In this document: positions 1-13,004 of the stretch, one piece after another | Numbering within the stretch: position 1 is the first letter of the stretch | Layout of the letters: the number at the start of each line of letters is the position of its first letter | Assembly (NCBI RefSeq): GCF_018977255.1 | Contig: NW_024704742.1 | Coordinates: forward strand, 120,468,001 to 120,532,000 | Source: Callorhinchus milii | Taxonomy: Eukaryota | DNA: 64,000 nucleotides | Direction of reading: 5' to 3' | Notes under the pieces: generated by a model | The model's input: only the letters and a program-made list of their open reading frames with translations | Databases searched by the model: none | What the model was told of the DNA's origin: nothing | Program-made: the position numbers and the translations under genes

Positions 1-368
1 CTGGATGAAAATCAAACATTAGCATCATGACAGAATACTCTGTAAGCTATCAAACACAATACATAGAAAAATAAAACAATTATTCTTCTCAACCAGTTCG
101 TATAATTCAGCGATGACAAGTTGGACAGTGTGCAAGGTAACAGTTTTCATACTTGTTAAATACAACCAACATGCCAAAAGGTGTAAAACTAAGCAAAACA
201 ATTATGGTGAGGGTCACTGTGCAACCAAATATCCTTATCATACTATCCATTACTTCTAAAAATCATTATTTGGTATTTAAGTGCTTTTTTGTATGATCAT
301 GGTTTCTTAAAAAAATCTGAATGCTTCATTTACCTTCTATTGTTAACTGCATGAAACAGAAATGATAA

Positions 369-560
369 AATAATAATAATCCTTTCATTTGGTAAAGCGC
401 CTTATCACATCTTTGAGACATCTCAAAGCGCTTCACATAATATACTGTAAAGTGAATTGACTGTATATTTTGTGGTAGAAAGGTGGCAGTCAATTGCGCA
501 CAGCAGTGTCCCAAAACAATTGCCGATTGAGTGACCAAATTATTATTATTATTTGTTGGA
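369..560 (-). mobile_element. tRNA-derived, L2-tailed SINE, 3' part
   Basis: Body ...gggacactgctgtgcgcaattg...agcgctttgagatg... with (ATT)n tail on the minus strand. Confidence 0.85.
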
Positions 561-989
561 GGAATTATTACCCCTCAATTAAATCAATTAACCAAGGGTG
601 GGGTGAGGGGAATAAAACAAGGGGTTGTGATTTGAGAGTGCACTGATGGTCCACTGCTACTGTAAAGCAATGTAAGGTTACTTTACATGAAGGGTCCTAT
701 TCTAACGCAACTTGCTGTTACAGTATTTGGTGCACTGACAGAAAGATTATCTCTGATACATTTCGAGAATCCAGAAATAATGAGTTCCAGGATTATTAGA
801 TGGTGAGATAGATCTGTAGTTAGGAATATTTTGGGAAGCTGGCTGGGTTGGCTGGGTAAGAACAATGATCTGTTAACTATGTACCATACTCACAACTCCA
901 TGATCATTGGCAGTGTTTGTGTGAAATGGTGAAATTGTATCACGGTCATGTCATATGATGTCAAGACATGACTATCATCTCCAAACAAA

Positions 990-1215
990 TTAACCTGATC
1001 CCCTTCTTTTCCACCAACCATCAGCAAGCAGGCTTTCAGCCACTCTGCCCATGCTCCCTGGACTTCCTTTGACTCTCTCCCTCCCTCCCCTTTTTCAAGG
1101 CACATCTCAAAAACATATCTCTTTGCCTGCGCTTTCGATCATCTTTTACTTCCCCAACACCAGTGCCTATTCAGCACTGTGACAAGCCCGAAGTCAATGG
1201 CCTTATATTATTAAT
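990..1215 (+). mobile_element. Degraded L2 LINE 3' end
   Basis: ggctttcagccactctgccc...ctcaaaaacatatctctttg, similar to the L2 3' region of the younger copies in the window. Confidence 0.6.
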
Positions 1216-1284
1216 AGTAAATTGTATTGCATTTTGTGTTGTTACAACATATTTAGATTAAGAATTCACATTTAAGAATTGCCT

Positions 1285-1790
1285 TAAAGGGGGAAAGCTG
1301 AGGTGGGGAGAGGAAAGGTGGCCAAAAGCATGGTCGAAAAGTTAATAAATAATAATCCTTACATTTTATATGGTGCCTTTCACATTATCAAGACATCTCA
1401 AAGTGCTTCACAGGACTTTTCTGTAGAGAGCAACAACTGTGTAGTTTTAGGAGATAGTGGCAGCCAATTTATAGATCTCAAGGTGGGTTTTGTAGGCAAA
1501 GAGGGAGAGGGCAAGGTGGAGTTCCAGAGAGTGGGGACAGAATGGCTAAAGACTCACCTACATGATGATGATGATGATGGGGTAAGTGTGTTAGAGACAT
1601 GAAGCAGGCAAGTGTTTGTTGAGCAGAGCAAGTAGCTGGGGCTGAAGGTTGCAGAGGTAGAGTGGGGTGAGGCTAATGAGATATTTGAATGTGAGGATGA
1701 GAATCTTGAATTCGATCCACTGGGGGATGGGGAGTCGATGGAGCCACGGCAAGAACTGGGCTTGTGGAGTCTGGTCTGGGAGAGGACATG
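1285..1790 (-). mobile_element. Degraded L2 3' fragment, apparently interrupted by a SINE tail
   Basis: ORF 1591-1824 contains WLHRLPIPQWIEFKILILTFK, the L2 ORF2 C-terminal HWLP..RI.FK motif. Confidence 0.7.
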
Positions 1791-2497
1791 AACTGTACAG
1801 TTCTGAGGTGGGGAATCTGATCACCTGAGAAGTTTTTTTTTTAAAGTTGACACTTTAAGACTTACTCCTTTATCGCAAGAGATTTAATTTTAATCACAAA
1901 CTGAAGAGGTAAAATATCAAATATTTTCTAAAAAATAGACAATATCCATAAATTACTGTATTACCCTACAGTTGAACCATGATTATCTGCTATAATGGAG
2001 GGAACATGCCATTGTCTGCTGACAAGCGAACGTTTTATTTGTTTTGCAAAAGCAAACTGAGTAAGAGCTGATTTAGGATGCAAGCGTGGCAGATACTACA
2101 TATCCTCAAGAAATTCTACAAAATATGTTAGCCAAGATTTATCCTTTCAGACTTCTGTCACTTTGGAATTATTACCTTCACTCTTCACAAATGAAGTTGA
2201 ACAGTTTCTTTAAAAATTTATGGGATCCATTATTTTTTCTACCATAGATCTCGAGCTAATACCAGACTAGAATTCCCAGGTTTAGACTCCTGACTTTTGC
2301 TAGGAACTGGAATATCTTGAAATTTCTAGTAATAACCCTGTACAAGCAGTGGAATGTTTCAGCCGAACCTATGTCTACCATTATTTCCTCAAGCATCCTT
2401 AAATGCAATCCATCTGGTCCAGTTTTAGAATAACTATTTCATTACCAAGTCTGTTTTGTCTATTAGCCTATATATATCTTCTGGCATTTACCACAAA

Positions 2498-2750
2498 TGG
2501 GCAAGTTTCCTTACTCCACACAGAGCCTAATAATAATCCCTCCAAAAAACCAAAAACAATAATTAAATTGGTCATTTTCAATCTACGACTGTTTGTGGGA
2601 CATTGCTGTGCGCAATTGGCTTCCGCGTTCGCCCACAAATATACAGTCAATTCACTTTACAGTGTGTTCTGTGAAGCGCTTTGGGACGTCCTCCCGACGT
2701 GAAAAGCGCTATATCAAATGCAAGGATTATTATTATTATTATTATTATTA
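2498..2750 (+). mobile_element. Young L2-tailed SINE (5'-truncated)
   Basis: tgggcaagtttccttactccacac...agcgctttgggacgtcctcccgacgtgaaaagcgctatatcaaatgcaagg(att)n. Confidence 0.9.
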
Positions 2751-3086
2751 TCAGCATTGTTTTGACTGTGAAAACTTAATTTGAATTTATCGCATTTTTT
2801 TTTTTTTTTTTTATTTTTTTGACTGTGAAAACTTGTAAATTCTGCAAAGAATTCCAGATTCTACCATAGTTCCATGGCATTGGAGTTCCAAATGTTAATC
2901 CAGTATTTCTAATTCCAGTACAAACTCAATGGGGGCAAAAAGTCCTTCTGCGCTGTAAATGTCTAGGATTCTATGAAATCCAGTGGTGTAATATTTCAAT
3001 TCTTTCCAGAGCTTTGTGTTAGAACTTGTCGAGGTACTATATGGATGAGTACAATGATTCAGTTGCTTTTAAATAATTTTGGAATA

Positions 3087-3152
3087 CAACAACAACAAAA
3101 TTACATTTATAGAGCGCCTTTCACGTCGGGAGAACGTCCCAAAGCGCTGAAC
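3087..3152 (-). mobile_element. L2 3' tail fragment
   Basis: (caa)n followed by atttatagagcgcctttcacgtcgggagaacgtcccaaagcgctg. Confidence 0.75.
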
Positions 3153-3164
3153 AGTCAGATGTTG

Positions 3165-3233
3165 TATATAATATAATATATATGTCATGTATAATATATA
3201 ATATACATATTATATAGTTATAAATATAATATA
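3165..3233. repeat. AT-rich low-complexity (TA/TAA) tract
   Basis: tatataatataatatatatg...tataatatatg. Confidence 0.8.
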
Positions 3234-3389
3234 TGAACTCGTCTGGAACCAAAGCCTTTGTGTCAGATGGTTAGTCAGGGAGGGAGGAAACGGACAACTC
3301 AAAGTTGGAAATGGTTTGTGGGCCCAATTAAATCATTCCCCAGGCCAGTTGTGGCCCACAGCCTGTCAGTTGCACCACCTGGTTTAGGT

Positions 3390-3730
3390 TGACACTCCAA
3401 TGTAGTACTGCGGCAGCTTTGCATTGGTGGCCATGCCATCCTTGAGGTGAGATGTTAAACTAAGATCCTGTCTGCCTGTTCAGGTGGACAGTAAAGATAC
3501 CATGGCAGTATTCAAAAAGAGATGGGAAGTACTACCGATGTCCAGGCCAACAATTCTCCAGATAAAATTGGACAGTCATTTCAATGGATGTTTGTGGGAC
3601 ATTACTCTGCACTAATTGCATGATATATTTGCCTCCAAATACATATGAATTGCACTTAAAATTCTAGGAAATTCTTTGAGACGTTTGGACGATGTAATAT
3701 GGTCTACATCAAATGCATGAATTATTCATT
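3390..3730 (+). mobile_element. Older Deu-domain SINE (SacSINE1/AmnSINE1-like)
   Basis: gagatgttaaac...gtctgcctgttcaggtggac..aaagataccatggca core followed by the tgtttgtgggac body and tail. Confidence 0.7.
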
Positions 3731-4713
3731 ATTAAATTAGATTGAGTAGCCTCTGAAATAGCATTTTCTTTTAGCTTGTTTGGTGACTGAATTATTACCA
3801 GTAAAATTGTTTCATAGAAAACTTTTACAGTCTCAAACATCTAGTCAGAGAGTAGCAGCCCAGTGTGAACTGAAGTGTTTCTTCATAATGCTCATGAACA
3901 TTTTAGCACTGAGTGAATGGTGCTGATTTGGACTGTAGTGCTGTAGTCCAGCATACTGTCCTTTTAACCAGGCAATCCAGTTCAAATTCATCTGAAACTG
4001 ATAGGATGACAGTCTCATCTCTCAAATGGTTTTAAGAATGCGAAGTGAAAGAAGCTTAGGCAGCCTCAAGTATTTCCTAGTATTGTGGGATTGCAGCATA
4101 ATTTGTTCACAACATGAAAATTGCTTGCATGAGCATAATCACAGTCAAAGGAAATATCTTTGCGGTACCCTGTCATATAAATATTAGCTTAAAATGACTT
4201 TCAGATCATTGCCTAATAAATTAACTTAAAGTTAGTGAGAACAGCAATGATAGAATTCTGATGACAGTACAGTTGCTAGCACAAATATAACAGAAACATC
4301 TTTGATTTTGTTTATTTACAATAATATTTTGTCTTAGCCCATTCTCCACATAACCTTTGAACCTCCCTTTTTCTGTTTCAATGGTACTGCCTTCCGTAGC
4401 AATTTCAGACCCTGTAATGAGTTGCTTGCTATGATCATGCTCAGGGCTATTTGTTGCTTGGAACTGGTAGTGTTCTCACCCTGTTAACTTTATTTAACTT
4501 CAAACCAAGTTCCCTGCGAGTCCTTGAAATGTACTGACATCATGGCATTGCATATGTCAGGTCACATCCATTTTCCTCCATGGAAAGTAAATCAAGCCAT
4601 TTCAACAAAGTAAAGGCTGTAGCAAACCTCAACCCTGCTTTAGGCTTCCCTGTTAACAACTGCCTCAATCCAATTCAGAAATCAGGCCATTTCTAGTCAT
4701 ATGGTGAAACCTA

Positions 4714-5095
4714 TGGCAAGTGTTGTACTCCACACGCCTCGGTTTACCAAGCAGTAAGTAGGAACTTGTTAGTCATTTGGCGGATCGCTTTCTGGTGGTA
4801 CAACAACAAGATTACATTTGTATTAGCGCCTTTCATGTGGGGAGGACGTCCCAAGGCGCTGGACAGGCAGTGCCTTGGGACGTCCTCCTCGTCCTTGGTA
4901 ATAATTCCTCACCCAAAAAAATAATAATTTGGTCACTCAATCCACGATTGTTTGTGGGATAATTGCTGTACACAATAGGCTGCCACGTTTCACCCACAAA
5001 ATACATAGTCAGTTAATTTTACAATACATTCCATGAAGCACTTGAGACATCTTATAGACATGATAAGGTGCAATATCAAATGCAAGGATTATTAT
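4714..5095 (+). mobile_element. L2-tailed SINE interrupted by a fold-back L2 tail (4801-4895)
   Basis: SINE 5' and 3' halves flank a minus-strand L2 tail; tggta occurs on both sides (possible target-site duplication). Confidence 0.8.
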
Positions 5096-5220
5096 TAGTA
5101 ACATATTATTAAATGGTAACGTTTACACAGATAATCTACTTGTAGCTATACCTTTTGTGAGGTATAATGGAAATAGAGTTGCTAATTAAGAAATATCTTA
5201 ATCACTTTAGCAAATTTACA

Positions 5221-5308
5221 CATATTTGTGGGCGAAACGCAGCAGCCAATTGCGCACAGCAGTGTCCCACAAACAGTCGTGCATTGTAGCGACCAATTTT
5301 ATTATTTT
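5221..5308 (-). mobile_element. SINE body fragment
   Basis: atttgtgggcgaaacgcagcagccaattgcgcacagcagtgtcccacaaacagtcg. Confidence 0.8.
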
Positions 5309-5479
5309 TACACAGAGAAACTTTGGAAATCTTCCTGTTATTCGTTAAAAGACTGATTTCTTTAGTAGAGATATAAACAATTTATTAATTAAAAGATTCT
5401 ATTCAAGGAAATCAAAGTTTCTCTGTATCTCATCTCTCCCCTTTGTTTCACAAATCACTTTAATATCATAAACTACAAC

Positions 5480-5700
5480 TAGAGGCAGGTCAACCTCATA
5501 AATTGATCTCTGCTCCCTCACCCCACATACACACAGTTTTGATGCCCCCACCCCTCCATTTCATCCAGCCCATCCACTACTCTATAACCGGTATATCTTA
5601 TGTTTCTGGAAGGGAAACACAAAAATACTGCTTATGTGGTCCTCGGATGTTTTTCAAATAGGGCATCTGGCCCTCAGCAGCCAAAAGCACCCTGCCTTAG
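5480..5700 (+). mobile_element. Non-autonomous hAT-like DNA element (MITE), degraded copy
   Basis: Shares catttcatcc.gccca...gggaaacacaaaaata...catctggccctcagcagccaaa with 45680-45865. Confidence 0.6.
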
Positions 5701-6758
5701 AACTATCATGCTAAGGTTTACTCAATTTCAAATATATAAAATTAGATAAAATACTAGACAATGGAAGCTCAAAATGTTTCTTTTTCCAGTCTATCTGCTA
5801 GTAATCTGCCAGTAATCGAAACAGGCATACATCACATCACAGTAGCTATCTCGCCAAGCACATGGATTATATTTTGGACCATATTTCAGAATTGATGTGC
5901 AACAGAGAAACTATTGCAATCTTATAAACTTAATTTTGCTGAATAGTCTACATAATCCTCAGAGTCTTCAGTGAATAGGTTTGTTAAACCAAAGAAACAA
6001 CTCCATTGCTTCTGGACTGACCTACAACAAAATAGGTTTAAATACACATTAATCAGAATAATATTCTTATAACATTTAAAATGCAGTTATTGGGCTTTAA
6101 CCCTCCACAACTCAATACTGATTCAAACTCTGCAGTCCTGGTCCAGGCTCTACATACCCATTATTCCGATCTTTGCCAGACTCCAGTGACTCTCGTTTTC
6201 ACAGGGGATCAACTTAAATTTTTTGCCCTGACATTCAAATCCCTTCATGGACTAGCTATGGAATATGCTCTGAACTCTATTCTCCTTCCACTCCTTTTAT
6301 TTTAGTCTTTCCTCACTCCCTATATCCCCCTATTAGCAACTGAGCCTTCTGACACATCCCACGCTCACCCTCTATACCCTTCCAAAACCTATTTGTTCCC
6401 CCAACTCACGTACTATCTTCAAAACACTTGTAAAATTATCTTTTGATCATATTTTGATCAACATGCTCAATTCTCCCTTTTCCTGACTTGGAACATCCCA
6501 TCATATTTTTTAAGCTCTTCGATATTTATTCTACATAAAAGTTGTTGTAGAAGTGCTAGTTGTTAATGAAATATGTAGTGCCTAAAGCAAATTAGTAAAC
6601 CCTCAGTTCTCAGATGAAAGAATAAGCCCGAAATCTTAACCTACTTCTGCTTTTCAGATGCTCATGAACCTGTCGTTCATTATCAAATTTCTGCTTTCAG
6701 AGTGAATTTTTAAGCAGGAGTTGACATAAGAAGGCATTCTTCCCCAATTAGTAGTGGA

Positions 6759-7012
6759 TAATAATAATAATCTTTGCATTTGATATAGCGTTTTTCACCT
6801 CTTCTAGACGTCTCAAAGCGCTTCACAGAATATACTGTTAAGTGAATTGACTGTATATTTGTGGGCACAATGCGGCAGCCAGAAGCAGAAGTCGTGGATT
6901 GAGTGACCAATTTTATTATTTTTTTCTTGAGGGATTATTATCAGGTGTGTGGAGTAAGGAAACTTGCCCAAGGTTTCACCCTGCCAGGAATCGAACCTAG
7001 GTCTCTCCCAAG
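6759..7012 (-). mobile_element. L2-tailed SINE
   Basis: Tail, body and part of the tRNA head (B-box-like ggttcgattcc on the minus strand). Confidence 0.85.
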
Positions 7013-7129
7013 TGGATAAGTAGCTCCTAGGAAAAGTAATTAATGCAGTGCTGAAAAACACCTTTTAAATATTTGGATGAACATCTGGATAGACTGAGGG
7101 TAAGCATAGATAACAATATCGAATTGTTT

Positions 7130-8030
7130 TGTGGCATATGATTTCTAAACTGCAGTCAGTAGAGAGTTGACAAAGTCAAGCGAGGATATGATAAAAGCAT
7201 GGATAAAGGTCTCGGCAGCCTGCGGGTATCGGTGTGGCAATGTTGCAGAGGTGGGACATTGCCAGACTCCATCACTGTGTACAGGTCATGGCACATATGT
7301 GGGGTTTAAAGAACAGTTGAGAATCAAGCAAGATATCAAGGTTCGGCACTGCCTTTGTGAGGTGGAGTGGGCATCCATGTAGATTGACGTTGCCAGTGCC
7401 TGAGGTGAGAAGGCGCTGACGGAGCCTCTGTTTTGTTGACATTCAAATGGAGAAAGTTAACTCTCATCCAGGACTTGATGTGTCCGATAGGCTATCGGTC
7501 AGAACAGCAGTGATCCTGGACTTGAAGTTGGAGTCAAAGAGAGTTGGGTGTCATCCACATACATGTAGCGGGAGTATGTAAATATTAAAGAAAGGCCCAA
7601 GGATTGAGCCTGAGGAATGCCTCCAATGTGCAGGAGTAAGAGCCGATGGCAAATATGAAATGGAGTGGCTGGGAAAGGTAAGAATGAAACCAGGCAGAGA
7701 ACAAACTCTGAAAGTGGAGATGAGAGGAAAGGCGGTGGAGAAGAATAGAATGGTCAACGGTGTCAAAGGTGGCAGGAAGGTCAAGAAGGGAGAGGAGGCA
7801 GAAAAAGTCTTGGTCACAGATGGAGAGAATGTCATTTGTGACTTTGACCAGGGAAGTCTTGGTACTGTGGGCAGTGCAGAAGATGGATTGGATGAGTTCA
7901 TGCAGGGAGAGGAAAGAGCAAATCTGGGAAGCAACAACTCATTCCAGTAACGTGGAGACATGGAGGTTGGAGATGGGACAATAGTTAGGGGTAGGGATGG
8001 GATCAACGGAGCATAGGGTTCATTCATTCA
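7130..8030 (-). mobile_element. L2 LINE ORF2 (RT) fragment, degraded
   Basis: Minus strand carries degraded LVKVTND, AFDTVDH, GSILGP and ADDTQL motifs. Confidence 0.85.
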
Positions 8031-10576
8031 GGAGCTGACAGAGGAGAGAGAAGAGGGAGAGGCGGGATTGAAAGCGTGGAGGGAGGGACAGAAAGGGCAG
8101 CCTGTTTGCTTGCTCTTTCTCCAGGACTTCATTCCTACCACTGCAAGAGTCCTTGGAATGTTCAATCCCTAAGCAGGTACAGTATTTAGGCAATAGGTCT
8201 CAATGAAGAATTCTGCAGCTAGAAAAATGGTAGCAGTTACTGAGCTCTGATTGGGTTTACTCTAGAATCTTACTCAGAGTCTCTACATGCATTATAGGAT
8301 GTAACAGATTATAAACGTGTGGATTACTGAAAGAATGTGAAGTGAAAATTATTTGATAGTACAGATTATCTGTAGGTTTTGTACATAACAAGTGTCAAAG
8401 TATTTTTTGCTTGTAGCCATCTCCTGATATGACAAACAATAATCATACAAAAGAAACAAGTTAAACTAAACTATACGTGTAACAAAGTAACTCGCAGTGT
8501 GAAGCTCTGTGAAACAATTCAATGTGCTAAGGGACTTAATATTACTTTTATAAATTGTTTATGCACAAATTATTTATGTGTATAGAACTGGCAATCATTG
8601 TTAAATTAGTAAATATATGAGTTTAGAAATGAGTGTTGTAATACTAGGGAGTTTCAAATCTTTTATTAACCATAGGTGTTAATTAAGGCTGTTGAACATT
8701 TTCTGGTTGTGCATTGTTGCATTCAATGCAACAAATTAATACGATTTAAAAGGCTTTGAAGTTGTTCCAATGTCTACTCCTATAATCTTTCGGGGATTTT
8801 CCTTCAGGCCAAAAATGTGTCTGTTCAAGTAGAACTTGAATTATTTTTCTGAAAGATAGGCAGGGGAGTGTAAAATCATCAAATGGATTGAGTAACTCAG
8901 CTCAACATACATAAATAGTTCTTCAAAAACTTCTTACCTGGCAAAAGTGGGTGTTAAAATAAGATGGATTTATTAATGGCTATAGTGGTAAAGTATTAAG
9001 AATATAGGTTGATTGCTGTAAAAAAAATTAAAAATTGTAACAGAACTATTATATAGTGGTGTTTGATTTATAATTTATATTATACTGTGTTCACCAATAT
9101 TATTCAAAAAATTAAACTGATAACATTTACAGATGATAGTTTAAAGATCACAAACTACTGCAACTTAGTTATTGGTGTTTTACTTTTTTTTATTTGCAAA
9201 TGTACAGTTTACATTAAACAAATCAAAATTTTAAGGAGCTTTTGTTTAAAGCTTTGGATGAGTTGTGTGTTCGTTAAGGTGAAAGCTGTCTGGGGTGAAA
9301 CAATGATTTTTGAACATTTGCACACAATGAGTCTACCAAACATGCTTACATCAGGAACAATACAGGTTACATGCAGAGCAAAACCTTCTCTATTCTGATC
9401 CAAAATTGCTGTTAATCCAACCTCAAGTGAGCACTTCGCACCATATCAATGTGACATCTCCATTTCCCATTCCAGACATCCTTGTGACCTAAATGAGGTG
9501 CCAATTAGGGGCAATTTTGTGCTGTGGATTCATGCCCACTGAGAAACTGGTTCAGACTAGTAAAATGCATTTCAGTTAAAGACAAAGGTAACAAGGAGAT
9601 TTTTTTTATTCCATCAATTTGAGCTGGATTTTTACCTAAATTTTTAGAACTGTAATTCAGCATTGTAACTTGCTATGTCAACCACTCCTTTAAACTTCTG
9701 TTGTCAATAAAGTTTTTCAAGCTCAGTTTCAAACAAATTATAGTTTGCCATTCTCTTGACACAAAACTCGTCCAGGATTATACTTAAGTGATATATCTAA
9801 ATGGAAGGATTATTATATTTAATAAGTATTGAAAATAAACACATTTCTCTCTTCATCCATATACATTTCATTCTTTACTGCAGGGCACAATGACATTGTA
9901 AAATATATGGAACCCCTGAGTCAGCCCAGTGAACAGCTAGCTGCCAGTATTTTTACCTCTGCACAAATAAGCAACACTGTTTGGCTTTCTCTGCTTCTAT
10001 CTACTCTTTCACAATTTAATATTGTTTTCCTAGTAGCTTAACCCTTTACAATCCAAATTGTTCACCCATTTTTGATAACAGAATAACTTTCAGTGCATTT
10101 CTAACTGTCTACTAGTTCTCAGCATGGCTGGATCCAAATTTAGAAAAAGAAAAAACAGTCAGGGATCCTGCCCAGAAACCCTTGCTGGAGATGAGAGATG
10201 GAAGTCGGTTGAGTAATAGTCTAAGCTATACACTCCCTTGACATTCACCATAAAAGTTCATACGTGAATGAAGGCCACATGTCCAAGGTAACTGACGTCT
10301 GTGAAGTATACTGTGAGCAGAAGGAAAAAGAACAATTCAAAGCCTTTAGAATTCAAGGAGGAAACGTGGTGAGAAACCTCCCCTCCCAAAATGAACTTCA
10401 GGAACAATGATTTTATATTGAGTCAATTTATAGCATAGTAAATAGTGGCTCAATTGTAACATTCACAACACAACATTCACAACAAAAATGTCTGGAGGTA
10501 ACCATATATTCTGATTTTACCCATCTCAAATAGGTCAGGAAGTAGCTAGAAACATATTATTCTTGTTAGTCTTTAC

Positions 10577-10683
10577 CTGACAACTCTTTGTCTTCTTCTT
10601 CTTTTGTAGGAATTTCTTCCTTCTTTTGTTTTGCTGCCAAAAGTTCCCGTTTCAACTGACGCACTTCTTTGCGCAACTCTTCA
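10577..10683 (-). CDS. CWC27: CWC27 spliceosome-associated cyclophilin, internal coding exon (equivalent to human exon 11)
   Basis: Minus strand reads ttctcattgcAG|TGAAGAGTTG...TTGTCAG|GTaaag. The exon is 107 nt, phase 2 to phase 1, and translates (S)EELRKEVRQLKRELLAAKQKKEEIPTKEEEDKELS, matching recalled human CWC27 SEELRKEARQLKRELLAAKQKK. Confidence 0.93.
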
Positions 10684-11753
10684 CTGCAATGAGAACAGTG
10701 TTTACATAAGCACATAATTTACTCTGTAATAAAACCACTTAGCAGAAGAGAAAGTTCCAAGCAGATGCTTAGAAAATCAGAGCTGTAAACTGAGAGAATG
10801 TAGTTATTAAGAACACATGCCATCAATTATTCAGAAAACTTCAAGAATTTGTGGCAGATTTTATTATTTTTAAGCGGTTCAGACCCATAATAATGAATTT
10901 TAAAAGTCATTGCGTTTTAAATATTTTAATGTACTTCTTCAGGTCAGCAATGTTGCTGCCATGTTTGACATCCAAGCATGCAATCCAACTACTTGTTGCT
11001 CTGCTGCCTCTTCCATCAATCTTAGCGACACCTAAAACACATTTGTAATACTGTGCATGATGTTGCAACTATATTTCTTACGTCTTAGATCATAAAAGAG
11101 GAGCCATTAGTGGTACTGAATCTTTGTGCTTCAGCAGAGATTGCAAGAGGCCTGGAAAAGCAGCAACCTTCTTCCAGATGAATTTGAACATCATCAAACC
11201 ATTTTCTTGGAAGGAATTCATTGGAAATTGGTACTGCAAAGTGCTGATCTTTTCCAAAATACGCATTTACACATTTATAAAGAAAACATCATATTCGGAA
11301 GGCAAGGTAAGGTAAGGTTGTTTTGACATTTTAGAGCGCTGCAGGAATACAAATTCACAGAGGTAAAAGACCCAAAATACAATTCAAATTCAATGTAAAA
11401 AGGTTAACCTCCAGAAATCTTCTTATTACACAAATAATATTCAAACTTACAAGCTGTGATGACTCATGGATTCAAAGCAGACCTAATTCTGGAAGATTCT
11501 ATGTATTAGATTCCCCTCCCCCTTCCCTGCGCCAAACACATTTTGATAAATCAAATCAAAAAGCTCAAGTGGATTGAATTTTGTCTATTATTCCATTTGG
11601 ATAATGTTTTGGATTATGAGCAAAATGTATTTCAATAATCAACATATTTTAATTGTTAGATACTTATGGTTAAAACACATTGAAACTATTGCTTAACACC
11701 TTAAATGTGTAGTTTGATAATTTACAGTAATGTAGAAAAACAAGATTCCACAA

Positions 11754-12007
11754 ATAATAATCCTTGCGTTTGATATAGCGCTTTTCACGTCTTCTAGACG
11801 TCTCAAAGCGCTTCACAGAATATGCTGTAAAGTGAATTGACTGTATATTTGCAGGCGAAACGCGGCAGCCAATTGCGCACAGCAGTGTCCCACAAACAGT
11901 CATGGATTGAAAATGACCAATTTTTTATGTTTTTTTGGTTTTTGGAGCGAATATTATCAGGCGTGTGGAGTAAGGAAACTTGCCCAAGGTTTTGCCCTGC
12001 CGGGATA
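11754..12007 (-). mobile_element. L2-tailed SINE
   Basis: Same body and tail as the other copies. Confidence 0.88.
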
Positions 12008-12739
12008 GCAAAAGTTTTGAAAATAAGAACATGGACAATTTGCTAGGAGAAAGAAGACCAAGGTCTACCTAGTTGGCCTTCCACCATTCTGGCAGTCACT
12101 TGACCTGCCGTGTCCCAAACTATATACTGTATCCTGAGATATTCATTTCTAGCAGAAATCTATCTAATTTGTTCATGAAACAAACAATTTCTGCTCCCAT
12201 TGGCTCCCTAGGGAGCCATAAGTTTACTACTCACTCAGTGTTTCTAGAGATTTGTTCTGAATTTATAATCAGTCCGTGTCCTCTGGTTCTACTGTTCAAT
12301 ACAAGATAAAACAGCTTATCATGGTCTACATTATCTAGTCCCTTCAGAATCTTAAAGACTGTAATCATATCGCCCCTCAACCTTCTCTTCTCCAGCATGA
12401 ACATACCCAGTTTACCTTATCGTTCATCGTAAATTTGTTTAACTTAATTCTTCGATCGTGTGCTATTTGTGTTTTTTCATCTTCCATTAGTTACCAAAAA
12501 TTTTCTTTTATGTCTCTATAGTATAACTTTTGTCTTTAGTGTTTCTTCTAACTCTAAATATTTTTCACATTTCTTCTCAGTTTCCTTCTGACATTTTATT
12601 CTGAAGCTGTTTACTGATTTACATTCACACTCATTCCTTTTCTACTTCTATTACAAGCATCCTCTTTACATTTACTTATTAAAAACTGGTTGCCTTGGGT
12701 TACTTTGTGGCATGTGTGTATCCAATCCATCCTTGCATT

Positions 12740-13000
12740 AGTAATAATTCTTGCATTTGATCATTTGCACCTTATCATTTTGTTAAAACATCTCAAAGCA
12801 CTTCACAAGATTAAGTGTAGTGACTGCGTATTATGTAGGTGAACACAGCCACCAATTTCCACACAGAAATGCCTCACCAAGAACCACAAAGTGAAAGACC
12901 AATTTTATCTGGAGGATTGTTAGCCAGGATACTGGGGAGAAAGTAATTTTTTTTGACAATTGCCAAGGAATCTTCGATATGCACCTGAACGGGCAGTAAG
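12740..13000 (-). mobile_element. Deu-domain SINE, 3' half (split by L2)
   Basis: SINE tail and body continue after the L2 at 14015-14170. Confidence 0.65.
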
Positions 13001-13004
13001 TTCC

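Larger units (their letters stand above)
1..10576 (-). other. CWC27: CWC27 intron downstream of the exon (partial)
   Basis: Starts at the GT donor at 10576; the next CWC27 exon (human AVAEYRREKQKY-like) was not found in the window. Confidence 0.75.

Noticed and set aside
686..862. Exon-like plus-strand segment ending in GGgtaag
   Set aside because: Stops in the frames examined and no clear acceptor or recognisable protein.
2593..2784. Recurring short ORFs containing [15 protein letters not shown]
   Set aside because: Translations of the SINE body, not a peptide gene family.
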